A DNA stretch of 64,000 bases from positions 434,001-498,000 of the forward strand of contig CBFFRP010000297.1 of the NCBI GenBank assembly GCA_965644295.1. Direction: 5' to 3'. The position numbers and the translations under genes were made by a program. This DNA comes from Paraphysomonas bandaiensis (taxonomy: Eukaryota; Protista; Chrysophyceae). Positions within the stretch are counted from its first letter, which is position 1; each line of letters starts with the position of its first letter. The notes beneath the pieces are model-generated. The model worked only from the letters and a program-made list of their open reading frames with translations, was not told where the DNA came from and did no database searches. Below, in pieces: positions 13,182 through 27,415 of the stretch.

Positions 13182-14457
13182 TTATAATACGAGCACTTTT
13201 TCAGCACTACTGGGAATACATCTCAGTAAAGCATACTGCCATCTGCTCTGAACACTACATGGAATATCTGCAGGCCACCAAAGGTTCCAAACTACACCGT
13301 CGGTGCAGGTGAGTTTCATACCACTTTCACCCATTGCCTCTACGCATACGACCTGTGAACACATGAAGGTTGAATAAGTTTATCAGCACGGAATATATTT
13401 ACCTCCTCTAAACTAACCACCTCTCCATTCGATATCAGCTCACATGGACTTGGAAACATATATAACGACTTAGCTCTGAGAATCACCCAGTGGGATTTGA
13501 GTTGGCTCCTAGACACAAGGGATGGTACTTCTCTGAGCATCCACCCGCACATACTGTAACAATTGAATGAATCCCACATTGAGTGAACGTAATGCTGTAC
13601 CTGTATTCCCTCGTTACAGTGAGAAATATATTACCAGAGCCTACAGATATGTGGGATTTTAAGGCATCTTCTTGAACCAGAAGACGACCGGAAGGACTTC
13701 GTACAGGAACTGAGCAAGGGCCCAGAGGACAAGATCGAAAATTAATGGAACCACTTTTATAAAGCGCATCAAGGTCATAACTTCGAAAAACACACTACAC
13801 GACGTGTTAGATATTGGTATTCATAGCATTACATAATAAAGCTTCAAAATTTTGGATATTTCGCCAATCAAACATGTACGTGTGTACGTGTATCGCACAT
13901 TCTAATACCTGTCCAATAGCTTCGTTTCTACCCACCAATAGAGGGTTACTATCAACTACAGTGACAACTATAATAGACCAATAGGTCAATCCTGTCATCA
14001 AAATTTCTTCGTTTATTTGTATATTAGGTGTAGTGGGGTGAGGTTCAGTGCGGTGATAGCTACTGAGAACGAAATCTTCTCCAGAAATCGTGCACATCAG
14101 ATTCGAAGACATTCCTGTCAAACCGTATTCAAATTATTACACAGGCATAGTACTTAACGGAAGCATACCAGGAGGTTCACCGTAGTGAATCAACTGTGAT
14201 ACAGCAGCTGGTGTGTAGGAGGCTACTATGAAGTATACATTGTAGCTTATAAAATTTCTGGAGGAGATATTCTCCGCTTCACTGAGAGTTATGGTCGCAA
14301 TATATGTACGCAGCTTTCGAAGATGACTTGCTTTCTGATGAGCAATACGCCTCCTGGCGAGGCACTGGATAGCAATGACTGATCTTCGTATCTTGTGGAA
14401 GTAGGCTCTCCATGATCGTTGAATCGTTAATACAGAGCCGACTCGTCCTGTAGACAT
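13182..14457 (-). CDS. IQ-motif protein with C2-like and PH-like domains
   Basis: Two IQ motifs (TIQRSWRAY, AIQCLARRR), C2-like TITLSEAENI...VTVVD...EAIGQ, and PH-like CGWML..HWVILRAKSLYMF. Multi-exon. Confidence 0.6.
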
Positions 14458-14608
14458 GACACCTACATGAACCTACCAACAACAACGAACATAATATCAA
14501 CACACGTGTCTGTTGTGTTGTGTTCACACTAGTCCAAGGAGAAGGTCTGCCTATCAGTTCATCATACTACAGCCGCGCGCACCCTACTTGTATAGACGTA
14601 TAAAATGC

Positions 14609-14939
14609 ATGAGATATCTCACGACAATACAGAAGATAGACGCAAAATATCGGGGATATCTAGATATCATTCTGCGAAATATCTACTGTATATGACTGGG
14701 ACTTGTAGAGTTAAAAACAGTATTTTGTAGGTTTATTCGTCGGTGGCAATACCGAAAACCCATCCTTTCAATACCAAGACACTCTACGAACAAGACTCTC
14801 CTTATATCACCTCAAAGAAAAGAACTATCAAGGAAATGATGTAGCCTTTACATTCCCACTCAAGGAAGAGGTGAAGGCCTACAGAGTGGGTCTCTTGACG
14901 CACCTCACGAAACTATCCAGTTGGATGAAAAGCAAATGA
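14609..14939 (+). CDS. Possible small two-exon protein (~95 aa), unknown
   Basis: ATG 14609, GT-AG intron 14688-14730, stop 14937-14939. No recognisable domain; supported mainly by the head-to-head gene pattern. Confidence 0.2.
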
Positions 14940-15500
14940 TGGGGTCTGGAGTTAACAACAGCATGATATCTGACGCCCCGTTGAATAGTGAACGATACAC
15001 TATCTTTACTAGCTCCTGCGTGATATCGTGAGTCAGCCACTCATCACCTGGCCATATTAGATACTTTGCTCTCTACATTTACTTGTAGCTGCATATCACT
15101 ACATCATAATATATTTCAACAGGAAACTAGTCTTTATCTTCTCTTAAAAATGTTCTTCTAGAGTTCCGTATAAAATGACTCATTATATATGTTGATGCTA
15201 ATAACGATTAACATGCAATCTTATAACTAAATTCTGTGGGCTTCTAACCACCAGCGTTCATCGCGAACAAAGTGCTTCGTTTGAATAGAGTTGATCAATT
15301 TATCGTATTCGCAATCTAGATGATGTTTTGAAAATTTTATGATTAATTAAATATTATGATAAATATAAATAATCCACTGTTGGATTATATAGAAGATAAT
15401 TTCCAGGAAACTATGTCAATAGAGTTAACCCCTTGATCAAATAATAGCAGCAGGTCAAGACCCAACAACAATAATTCCCGCTAAAACTACACAAGATCAT

Positions 15501-17247
15501 CTAGTCACTATCTAATAAAATTTCTAGCTTGCATCTATCCAAATATCCCCGAAAGCGTGCCTGAATACAGATAGCAGCATCTTCCTGCATCCACACCCAC
15601 CGTAATGAGAATCCTCTGAAAGCAGCCTGTATCTTGACGGCAGCTCGATACTCTGCCGACGTTGCGACTATAGAATCCTTGAAGGGTTTATGAGTTGACA
15701 TTGAATCAATGTGAACCGAAGTCGAGGTTTGAGGCGGTAGCGATTGCGGAGGAGGCCCAGGTGGTATAGGGGATGAGAGTGGGGAATGACAGGAAGACGG
15801 TGCACATTGAGAATTTCCAGTGTCAATGACTGAAGGTACTGGGATACTCTCCGCTTCATTGATGGCTTCTTTTCTGGCTTGTTCCAACTCTTGCTCTCGT
15901 ATATATGCATGTGCATAATCCGTTAAAAGTGACGATATTTTCATACCTTCCCTAGTTCCAATCTCCACGGATGTTTCTTCTTTCCCATCAAGATTGTATT
16001 CAAAATAAAACATTGTGTCTTTGCTGAACCCCCAGCGACGTAATTCCGTGATTTTGAATTGCTTAAGAATTTTCCGGCTCTTCTTTCTCTCCACTAAGCT
16101 TAAACCTTGTATACATGTATGAGGTTAACACGGAAACGCAAATAGTAATTTCGATACCGTGCTGATTTATTCCAACCAAAAGATCCGACGGGAGCGATGA
16201 AAATTGAGCCTATAGTAAAAAAGAAACTAGTCAAGCTTGTCACAGATGCAAATAATAGAGTATAAACTAGATACGTTACTATTCTATAGTATAGTGTGAC
16301 CACAATGATTACCTGGGAGCATCTAAAAAACGTTGACCCATATACAGAAGGCAATTTGATCATAATAGTCTTCAAATAGTTTCTCATGGGACCAAGGAAG
16401 TCTTCTCCTTCAGATGTGTTCATTACATATTGTAATCCCTTGACCTGGGAGCACCCATATGGATAAGTAGCCATCACAAAATAGTAATGTACAACGTTTC
16501 AGTACCTGATCTAAGAGTCGCTCTTCCAACTCCTCCAAATTGGCACCCCGCAAGAGAGAAAAGGGAACAAATTCAACTATACGACTAGAGAGAAAGCCAA
16601 GGGTATGGCAACTTTCATCAAATGATCCAAACTTGAACAGGAAATGATACACACCCAATTCAAGGGCCAGGTCAAGGGTAGTGGGGTACTGGCCTGTGAT
16701 GACATTATACACGGCTTGAATATACTGTAGATGTATCAGCTGACTGTCAACAATCTCCGCAGCTTCTAGATATGATTCAGTAGTTAAAGAGTTCACGCAA
16801 ATCCCATGTCTCGCAGCTATGATATCCCTATACTGAAACCCGCTGACTGTGGGTGTGAACAGACGGATCATGAACACCAACTTAGAAGTAGTAGAATCAT
16901 CCCATTGTTGAATAATTTCAAGTACACTATCATCGAATCCTACTGATTTATCAATGCTAGACCCATTTAATGATTCATATAGACCAAAATTATTTGCAAC
17001 TGTTTCCACCTGACTGACATCCAGCTTACTCAATACCATCTTGATCAGATCCAAACACGTGGTGGACTGCTCTAGAAGAAACATCTTCGAGGAGTTGTCA
17101 AGGAAAAACACTCGCACTGTGATGAGTATAGCGATCAGCAGTCAGCGGCGTGTGCAGACGACTCCTACCTGGTGTCCTCCCTCCGAACCTCGAGGACATC
17201 TTATTCAGACACTCCTGGGGCGTGAGAGACCCCTCTTTGCCGTCCAT
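15501..17247 (-). CDS. FERM-domain protein with Pro-rich linker and two C-terminal IQ motifs
   Basis: Start MDGKEG at 17247. FERM F1 VRVFFLDNSSKMF, F2 LQYIQAVYNVITGQYP, F3 YGSTFF...RRWGFS...ISSLLTDY. IQ motifs KIQAAFRGF and CIQARFRGY. Confidence 0.82.
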
Positions 17248-17621
17248 GATATGGGCTTGATATATGCAGGGGTTTATATCAGTTCAACGACGCGTGTTGC
17301 TGTGTTTGCTTGTACGAGATGGTCTCCATATCCTGCTGTGCATGCCCCTCTGTCATAATACATGTATGTATGTATCTCTGCTGGCAGCATCGTATCTTCC
17401 ACACTGCCTCCCATACAGATATCTTTCCCTGTATACCGCCGTATAGTAGTGATATACTGCATAGATACAGACAGACCTGCATGTATTCTCTGTATGTGTG
17501 TAGAGCAGCACCAGCAGCAGTGTGAAGTGTCCATATTATATACAGCAGTATGTCTCCGTATGTACATGCATGTACGATATCTTAACAGGAACAACATAAT
17601 AATCACAGCAGAGAGTCCATC

Positions 17622-19068
17622 ATGCCAGAGATCGATGAACTGAGTGATCACCCGATTTGGTCAAACGCCACTCACGCGTGGACTAGCAGTGATGGGTCGG
17701 CAGGTGGCTCATATACTGTGTATAATAGTTATGCTAATATACAGCGCTCTATACTCATATATACGCCACAGGAGTTCTATTTGTTAACGTACGACCCCCT
17801 AGAGAAGATTCAGAGGATAGAGGATTAGCCTGTGGGGATATGGTTTATGTGATCAAAGGCGCTTCGCGTGTAGCAGAGGAGATATATGCCACCCGGTACA
17901 GTGAGTGGTGAATACCTTACAGCTAACATGAGCTATAGATTGGCTCGAGCTGTCGGAATATCAGTCCCACACTGTCGTTTAGTTCAATATACTAGCTCTG
18001 AGTGGTTAATGATTAAGGTAGTATAGTGTAAGTACATTGATTTCGTGTTGTCATGGGTGCGTAACAGAATGAACTTATTCGTATTACGGAGAATGTCAAC
18101 ACCAGCACAGACCCTAGAATTGTTAAGGTAGGAGTTCTTCTGAGCTGTATAATAAAGTAAAGCACTTTACGTTTGTGTATTTCTGCTTCAACTTGTGTAG
18201 TATAGGTGCGTATGAAGCTTAGTACAGGACTAGGGCGTGCGTTCTTCTTGGTGATGGATTACGTTGATGGGGCCGTCATGGAGTGTAATTATACTGTGGG
18301 AACACACCTTGAAAGTGCCACTGCATTTACGGAAAATATTGGTATTATAAAATTTGACACATGACTGCATTTATGATTGTTTTGTGAATGGTATACTCAG
18401 TATATGATATTTATCAAATTCTGGGTTGCCATCCAGTTGTAATTATCATTGATCAACATATATTTCTTATGCATTCGTAACTTGCGACCTGGGTTCAAGG
18501 CAAAATAATCTCTTTCGATATCTTTATCAACAACGGTGACCGCATTCCGGTGGTACACAGCAACGACGGCAACGCGCACAACATTATTGTACAAGCTTCT
18601 GGAAATTGTGTGGCGATTGATACTTGCATAACCTCTATTCACCCTATCAATGCGAGTTCCCTATATGAGGTGTATTCAAATCGCGTCGAGCGTTTTTTGG
18701 ATGCTATTTTCAGTGAAGATACCCGACGTGTTGTTGTTGCACTTGAACCAGTAAGGGAATTCTTGTACTCGGCAACAGCTTATAAGGTTTCAAGATTCTT
18801 GCATGTATTACTAGTTATTGTACGTCTTATAATCATGCAGGTACAAGACCAGCAGCTTTTAGATATTGCTAATAGTATTAGGAAAGCCATTACCGATATT
18901 GCTAGAAATATTACCGCAGAGCAATTAGTGGACTTGAAAGCTGAGGTTGAAGCCATGGTGACTGTTGACTGGGAAGGCGTATGGGGAAAATCTATTGAGC
19001 TAATCAACATTGAGTTCTTGGTGGGAATGTTAACCCTGTTTAGGAAGTTTGATACTGGCTTCAAATAA
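17622..19068 (+). CDS. Actin-fragmin-kinase-like (atypical, PI3/4K-fold) kinase catalytic domain
   Basis: Spliced product has GSAGGVLFV, VIKG, EIYATRLARAVGISVP, FFLVMDYVDG, IGKIISFDIFINNGDRIP..NDGNAHNII..AIDT, matching the AFK catalytic signature. Confidence 0.7.
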
Positions 19069-19504
19069 TGTAGTATTTGACTTTCTTTATGGTACAATGT
19101 ATATAAATTTTTGAAATGAAAGTTAGTCGCTGCGTACTTCTCCATTCATAGGCAACATGGAGAGAGCGATTAATATAGCTTCGCTGGTGAACTTTTTTTG
19201 CTATCCCGCGAGATTTTATTCCATGATGTAGTGGTTGTAGCGAATACTGAAAATAATTATCTCTGTGAAATTCATGTGGCTACCCGCCAAGTAAGGATAT
19301 CATTACATATAACAGATATAATACCATGTCAATCCCTTGCTAGATTTACGCAACGGTCACGTAGCTTATGCGTAGAATTGCGTTGTTAATGGTTTCAACA
19401 ATTAATATTCTGATGAAACGCTAATCTGTACTTACTACGGGAGGGAAAATAATGAACAATAGTTACAGTTAAATAATAATCTACACTTCAAAAAAATTCA
19501 CACA

Positions 19505-20215
19505 TTATGCGCTACTATGAGTACGACATATATAATCAACTAAATTTTGTCCATCATTTCGTTCATTAAATGAAGAATCAGTAATATTTGCAGTGAAATC
19601 AAGGTCACCTTCAAGTACCTTCTTTCTGATGTACTCGCGCAATGATGTATCCCCATCCGCCAAAAGAGTATAGTCTAACATATTGTCCAGCCATTCATGT
19701 CTGCCTAATTTCCAAGATGCAATTACTGTTAACGCCAAGTATCGTTGCATAGGAAGTATGTCCTTCCGGCCCCACAACCTGCCACTATAGAACTGCCCAA
19801 CTCTCTCGTTCCATTCCTCTTCCCCCCCAGCGAGGCTATGTTTGTAGGATTCATCACTTTGTGTCACCACCGTCCATGCTGTTACGTAACTTTCAGAAGC
19901 ATAATCCCATACAGATACTTCAATTGACTTGTATCGATGTTCTCTTTCCAAATAAGGCGCAAGGTCAACCTCAGGAATATCAAAAATAACACCTTTGACA
20001 CAAAAATTATTAGCTGGAGATACTGATAACGCAGCTATCTCTTTAGTTTCTGTGTTTGCCATCCCACTTTTTATCCCGCTGATACTCACGAGATTATACA
20101 TACGGCTATAATCCTGCAGTAAGCCTTTGCGGAAATTCGACGCTGACTTCATGGTTCTTAAAGCCGAATTGGAATCCATCAGACTTCCGTAGCCAAATAT
20201 CACAACCCTCGACAT
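19505..20215 (-). CDS. Gamma-glutamylcyclotransferase-like (GGCT/AIG2/ChaC fold) protein
   Basis: N-terminal VIFGYGSLM motif, VKGVIFDI, LEREHRY; single exon. Confidence 0.75.
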   Translation of the reverse strand: MSRVVIFGYGSLMDSNSALRTMKSASNFRKGLLQDYSRMYNLVSISGIKSGMANTETKEIAALSVSPANNFCVKGVIFDIPEVDLAPYLEREHRYKSIEVSVWDYASESYVTAWTVVTQSDESYKHSLAGGEEEWNERVGQFYSGRLWGRKDILPMQRYLALTVIASWKLGRHEWLDNMLDYTLLADGDTSLREYIRKKVLEGDLDFTANITDSSFNERNDGQNLVDYICRTHSSA

Positions 20216-20649
20216 ATTAGGTAGAAAAGATCTCAATAGTCGAATATGCTTCTCGTCATATGCACTTTTCCATACGCACTATGGAGAGTTTCTATGCTCT
20301 AAGATGTATTCTGGCTGAACGGACCGGTCCGCACATACACCAACATACACTGTGATCTATATACGAATAATATCACTCTATGCTAGATTAATTGGATACG
20401 AATGCATGGCTACTTAACACCTCCGCACTGATTGGCTATCTATTGGTGCTCGTTAACGGCTACATTGTGCGGTATATACAGGTATACACTGCTGTGTACA
20501 CCCTCTATGACTATCGTACCATATACGGCAGTGTGTATGGGGCCAGCTGTAGACGAAGCATGGGCTATGCTTCCTCATGCTCTCTGCTTCTATTCATGGA
20601 GCTAGAGTTATGAACATCGATTGAAATGCATTGACTGATAGCCAGACCC

Positions 20650-23600
20650 ATGCTGTCCATTGCAAGGACCCTACAGCTTAAGCTTCAGGCTGCATGCTCC
20701 TGCAGCAGTGACGATACATATGCCGGAGACATCAAGCTACTAATAGATCATGTGAATCAGAGTGAAGTAGAGGTAAATAACCCCGTTAACATATACTTCT
20801 GTTGTCATCATATTACAGATGAATGAGTTATCTCAACTGCTGTTTCACATATGGAGTAACGAACCTGCTGTACAAGAGCTCGACGTCTCTCCATCAGATG
20901 CTATTAAGATTGCTCTTAAAATTCCTCAGATCTCACACACCAGTGCCATTACATGCATACATATGATTCTATTGGGGAAAATATATGATAGGCATGCAGT
21001 GTACTGTCTGTCTGAAATTCAGTCTCATTTATATCGAACACTTCATTCTGTGGACGATATGTCGAAATTGAATGATTTCGAGGATGAACTGTGTGAAATT
21101 GCCAGTGCTGTTATGGCGTGTGTGAGACCCGCTGATTGCAACTCTTTGATGAAGATGTTAGATTCATCGGGCAATGCTCTGGGGCTAGAGGAGCAGGGTA
21201 CTATGTCAGCAAGTACACTTGACCTTTTGCCTACAGTGGTGGAAGTGCTGTATCTAATATCGCAGTACCGGCGGAAGAAACAGGGCACCAGTGAGGCTTC
21301 TAGTATTCGTGTAAGAGGGGGCAATTCTCGTATTCGGAGGGATATTGATGTGGTGGATAATTTCTTATCTTCTCCGTGGCCTGTGGATCGTCTGTTGTCG
21401 TATTCTATTGTTGCTTGCGATATGTGGTCACACTTGTTGGCGCGACACAAGGATAACCTTAGGGTAAGTCTACATTCTCACTGGCCTCTGTGTTCAAATT
21501 TTATACAGGAAAAAATTATAGATGCTATACCAGAACTGAGTGGAAACACGGCAGCAACAGGACCAAGTGATGACCTTCCAGGAGTTATACGTGTATGTGC
21601 TCGGCTCATTGACATAAGGTAACATTGTTTCATCAAATAACTGCTCCTGTTAAGTTATCTCATTGCAAACTGGTACAGTGGGGATGTCAACTGGCTTCAC
21701 ACACTCCGCCTCCTTTACTCCTCTATTCCCCATCAAAGTTCTCCCGGCACTCATTCTTCCTCGTCCACATCTTCTCACTCACTTCTCACAGCTGAAGCTC
21801 TTTTGGAGCAAACATTCTCTCAACTTCCCATGAATATCACCCTCAGTATTGTGGAGTGTATGGAAAACGTAGCTCTGAATTTGCTGCATATGGTATTTAG
21901 TGGCTCATATTCTGAGCGATGTGACATGGATACACACATAGAATACGACGGGGTGCCGAATTTGGCTGTGTCAGATTTGAATCTTATTCTACTTCTGACG
22001 AGGAGCGGAGCTCGGAATGCTACGTCTGGGGAAACTCTACAAACGAATCCCGATGAAAGTCTGGAAGTGCTTACATTCGGCCGAGCATTTCTTGTACTTC
22101 TTATATGTCATGGGTGCATTGACTTCTTTGTTGACTATGAGGACTCTGGAAATGATGCCAAAGAAAAAAGTCTCAGTCTCTATTGCGATCCCATGCGCGA
22201 AGCTGTTTTGCGTCGATGCAGAGTTGCGGTTGCTGATTGCTTGGGCCGCCAATTTGCGACAGCCGGCTCATCGTGGATAACATCTGTTCGTGCAGCGAGT
22301 ATCATATCCTTCACACAGTGGGTTACACTACATCATCCATCTATCGCTTTGCCACTCATAAATATGGTAGAGGATTTAATATCATCTCCCACTACAACGT
22401 TAGCTGAAAATACTTCACTAGAGGGGAAGGGGCGAAATGATACGCTCCAGACAATATTATCGGCTTGCTTGGAAGTACCCTTCGAGATAATTCAAGACAG
22501 TAGATCTTCAATACTGAATTCTCTGATGAAAAATATCGTTTCATATGCGCCAAAGTATTCGGTTTCGAGCCCGGAGGCTCGGGATGGTAGCAAACGTAAA
22601 ATTGCTAGTAACAAGGGACATATCAGAGACGCTGTTTATGCGTTTCATGCCAGTGTAGGTTACTTAGAGCGCCTCTGTTCGCTTTATCTCTCTGAGGTAT
22701 CTGCCCTGAGTAGTGTTCTACAAACATATATTCCTACACTTACTTTGCTCCCAGTATCCGAGATGGAAAAAGTTTTCAAGGCGATGATCATTGTGTGTAG
22801 TAGATGCACTCTTTTTATGGGAGCCATGTTATCACTTTGTCGCAAGTCATTGCTACACAACGATTCGGACAGAAAATTGTTTGCTGTTCGTACTCTTATG
22901 AGTATGTGGCCTGTGGTGTCAGAATTAGCACAGATTGAAGTAGTGCGGTCACTTCAGCATGCAATGAACTTCCCCCTTGGTCTGCGGAGGACGCTGTATT
23001 CTAGTGTTATTAACTTAGTTGTAGGTCAGAATTTTGGTGTTGTGAATGACAAAATGCTGTATTCGAAAGCACTACTGTTAATGCTGGAAACCTTCGTGCA
23101 GAAAATGGACTCTTTCTTTGTGTCTTTTACATTGCAAGAACACACAAAGCAAAAACGTCGTCAAACTCCAGCACTTAACATATGTAGTAGTGTTTTCATT
23201 CCTGATAAATGTATTGATGTGGTGTCTTCGTCTAGTGGGTCTGTTGCAACGTTAAACGAAGAGATCGAAATGCTTTTGGCTGCTATTGCCTGCATTGAAA
23301 TATGCGTTTGCGCTTCTCGCTGTGAGTGTAAAGATAATACTATGTACCTAGAATGTGTTCATCATACATCTTCGGATGTGATATTCCAGTACATTACACA
23401 ATGGATTAACGAACCTCGTGATAATCGCAATGCCATGTTGAGAGATACACTGGACAGCTCATTCGAGTACACAAAGAAATTCTGTGGTGGCATTCTCACT
23501 GCTGCTGGTGATGGGTTTTTAGTATCATCGATTGAGGTGGATGATACTTCTGTTCCATCTACCCCGAACGATCAGTTGAGTTACCTGGCTGGTCACATGA

Positions 23601-26585
23601 ATGCGTTTCGCAGTGCAGTTACAGGTGTATTTGATGTACTTCTTATCTTTGACGCTCTTCGAGAGGAGAACAACCATGGGGCGCAATTGGAAGGTATGAG
23701 ACATGCAGTATTTGAGCAGTGCTCATGTAACTCATATTTAGATCACAAGTATGCTTTCATTGCTGTGATGTCTGCGCTGGATGCTGCTAATGAAATGTTT
23801 TCGCATTGCTGCGGCAACAGTAAAACAATTGAAGGCTGTTTTCGTTCTTCTGATAACAGTTTGAAAAAGCCATGCAGTCTACTACAATTTAAAAAGCTTG
23901 AGGATATCCTGCAGCATGCTTTGAAATTTATTTCAAGGGTCGAAAATGATTACAGTGATGAAAGGACCATTCCTTTTAGTAGTGCTGCGGGGCTAGTATC
24001 TTTATGCTGCAGTTATATTTCTGATTTGACTGATAATCTTCATATGGATGTTGAAGTTTCCCAAAGATCTATTCAGTCACTGTTTACTGTGTATGATAAA
24101 CTTTGTCGAGTGGACTATGAAGATACTTTGCTTAAGTCGGTTGTCAATGGTCTGATGGAGTTTGCTACATCTCATGATATTGTTCGTCTCGGAGGATCCC
24201 GCAGAACTGCAGGCGAGGAATCAGGGACCAGAAAGCGAGGAAAAGTGTCCGTATACACAGAATTTTCGGATCAGTCTGATTTTAGTGATAGTGATGACTC
24301 TGACAAGCCCTTGTCAAATGACACCGAAAATATGTTGAACGAGATCCCTCCACTTTGTGTTAGCAATAAGGGCTCCGGAGCGAAAGATGTAGACGTCAAG
24401 GAAAGTGACTTTCAGGAGCCTTATCAGTATCGATTTATTCGTGATATATACGGCAACCTTCCCGTAAAATATTGTCAGAAGCTTAGTGGATACGATATTC
24501 AGCTATTATCTGGTGTGTTTCCTTCTCACGCTATAACAGAAAGACAACTTCGCGTAGCGGCATATGATTGGTTACGCCCAATGCTCTTTAGACTACGAGG
24601 AGATATCTTACAAGCTATGTCGCTGCTGATAAGAAGATTAGGGGTTTTGCAGTTAGATACGGCTGAGGAATCTGGGGATAGCGTTATTTTAAAACGAGGT
24701 TTGTACACTTGACTGTGTAGTACGTTTTTGACTATTATACAGGTAATTCATCACAAGATGAGGAGTTACTGTGGTATCTCTCCCGGGAGCTGAAGAATGC
24801 TGTTGAAGAAGGCTTGACCGTTCGCAATTTTCGGGTGATACTTTATAACTATTGCATGTGTATAATACTAACGCTTTTCACAGTCGCTGATTGATGTGAT
24901 CACTGCGTTATCAATGTCTAAGCTACACGTCATTCCCCCGTTAAGTATTCGAAGAACGACAGCAATTCCTGTGGCTGGTCAATTAACAACTGGCGATGAA
25001 GCCTCTGATTCAATTGTTAAAGCGATCTTAGGACTTGGTCAATCAACACCACCAAATCTGGTCAGAAGTGCTGTCGCGCTGTATCTACATTTAAAAACGT
25101 AAGTTTTCCGGGCATCTCTTGTTTCATATATTTTCACTTCTTTGTCTCAGGATAAATGAAATTGGGTGTTTTACAATATACTATGCATTGGCGACTTATT
25201 TTTATACATGTGGGGGTAGCGCTGAAACTCAAGATACCCTTGCTAGGACCCTCCGTTCTGATGATTCCATTGCACCATTTGTTGATTTTTTCACTACGAA
25301 TGCAAAATTAGTAGAACCTGTTATGATGGAAACAATTAATTTTATTCAAAAATTAATTTCCGCACGTGTTTACATCTCTCGTAGAGAGCTGTCGTCGCTG
25401 CAGTTATCGCTGGATGAAAAATCTGTTTTTGATAAGGGTACCGCCAGTTCAATGTCTGCAGCTGCCGGTCTATCTGAATTGGTCTTCTTTTTTCTTCGGG
25501 AAATTGAGTCATTAGATTTTTGTCCTGGTATCGGTAAGAGTTCTACAACCAATCTTCATGAAGAAGTTCGAAACACTTCAACTAAGACTGCAGTCGTTAG
25601 AGGTTCAGTAAAGCACAAGAATATTTCTGGCCGCACACTCAATGCGCGGTTTTTGTTGTTCAAACTTCCTGAGAAACTTCAGCGTCGTGTATTGAGTGTA
25701 TTAACGGGCTACTTTCGACAAGCATGTGAAGAGTGTGCATGCATTCATAGGTCTGTGAAGAGCCTCTACGCGATGTGGAATCGACGTAGAGATACAGTAC
25801 AGAGGAATAAACTCAGGCAACAATGGGAGGATGGGCCGTGGTCGAGTGAAGATGAGAGTGAAAGTGGCGAGCCCAGTGACGAGGAGTACTCAGGTGTAGA
25901 TATGGAGTCAGCTGAAATCGACGAAGCTGTTATGTCAAGTGAGTGATATATTCCACGTTTGTTACCTTATGACAGGCTTCGTTGCAGACACTAGTGATGG
26001 ATTTACGTTTCTCAAACTATCATTATCAGCTTCGAGTGCTTCTAGAAATATTATTCTTTGTGTTGCTCGGAACAGAAAAGAAATAGGAAATGTGGCTTCT
26101 GCAGGAGTTTTGTTACTCTCGAGAACAGACGAACTCATAATGAGAGTTGTTGGACTTGTGCGGTATTTTCGCTCTTTCGAGGAGAGTTTCTTGCGACATG
26201 TAAGTTGTTTCATACAGAAACTCCAGGAAAGTTCTAATTGTATTTCCAGATGACAAGCAAATTCGGAGCGAAATTCATTGCTGATATAAAATTAATAACC
26301 AGCGATGGTGATAAAATTGCTGATGAGCTCGTGTCTTCGTTTGGAGACGTTTCTATCACTGAAAAAGAAGCAAAGCGGGTCGATACTGAATTCGATGAAG
26401 GTATGTTGACTATATTATCGTATACTATTCTTAGTTGGCATGAAATAGACGAAAAATTCTTCGCCAAGAAATCACGAAGAAAGAAATTACGGCTGCGAAG
26501 TAGAAATAGTGTGATAGATGAATGGTTAGAGCATGAAGACGGAACGGACACATATGCAGACTTGGAGGACTTTGTAGTATTCTAA
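20650..26585 (+). CDS. Large alpha-solenoid protein, FANCI-like
   Basis: Multi-exon, >1700 aa. LDLLPTVV..VVDNFLSSPWP and LSLCRKSLLHNDSDRKLFAV resemble FANCI solenoid segments; basic/acidic tail RLRSRNSVIDEWL..EDGTDTYADLEDF. Confidence 0.5.
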
Positions 26586-27415
26586 TCTACGTAGTATTTT
26601 CTGGTAATGCATATGCTATGCACAATAGTTTGTATTTTGAGTCTTGTATTTATTACGTACAGAGCTAATATTATGATGTCACTACATTTTGCTATTAACT
26701 ATTAAACAAAGAAGGTGCTTGCAGCAAGAACATAATGCGCTAAATCTAGAATAACAGTCTTATAGCTTTCTATATATGGAGGGAACACTAGAAATCCTGC
26801 GTAATAATTAATAATTGTCCATTATATACTAGAAAGGGCTGAGGTAACCGATGGGGGGACTAAATTACACTTCTACTCTATACTCATTGTTTCAGTGACT
26901 GCACGGCCTTACACATTATGCATTATGCCTACTTTCTTTACGTAATAATAAATGTGTCAACAATCATACTAGCTTCATACTGACATTATTGTGACCAAAC
27001 TTACAACGTACTGTACTCTATTCTCTATTGCAATACTATTGCCAGATAGCGTTTAACCAAGAATATTGATGGAGTTTTTAAACCGGCCCAACAGTACTAT
27101 TGCAATATATAAGTAATAAACACATGCGCTAAATTTTAGCGTGACTACTGTCTTCTGCGACAACTCTACACTCTACAGTCTTTCTCTTTTCTATCCACAT
27201 GTCCTACATCCTACATGCGTTTGTTGTATGCTTTGTCGTAGAAAACAACTCTCGACGTACTTACAATTAATTATGTAACGATTCACTATATATACATACT
27301 TATCTACTTACAATCACAGGATCATCTACCATTCTTAGTATGGTGTATGGTATCAATGCAACTACATACGAGCACTTCTTCCCTGCACAACACCAATGTG
27401 CCATGTACAATCAAT

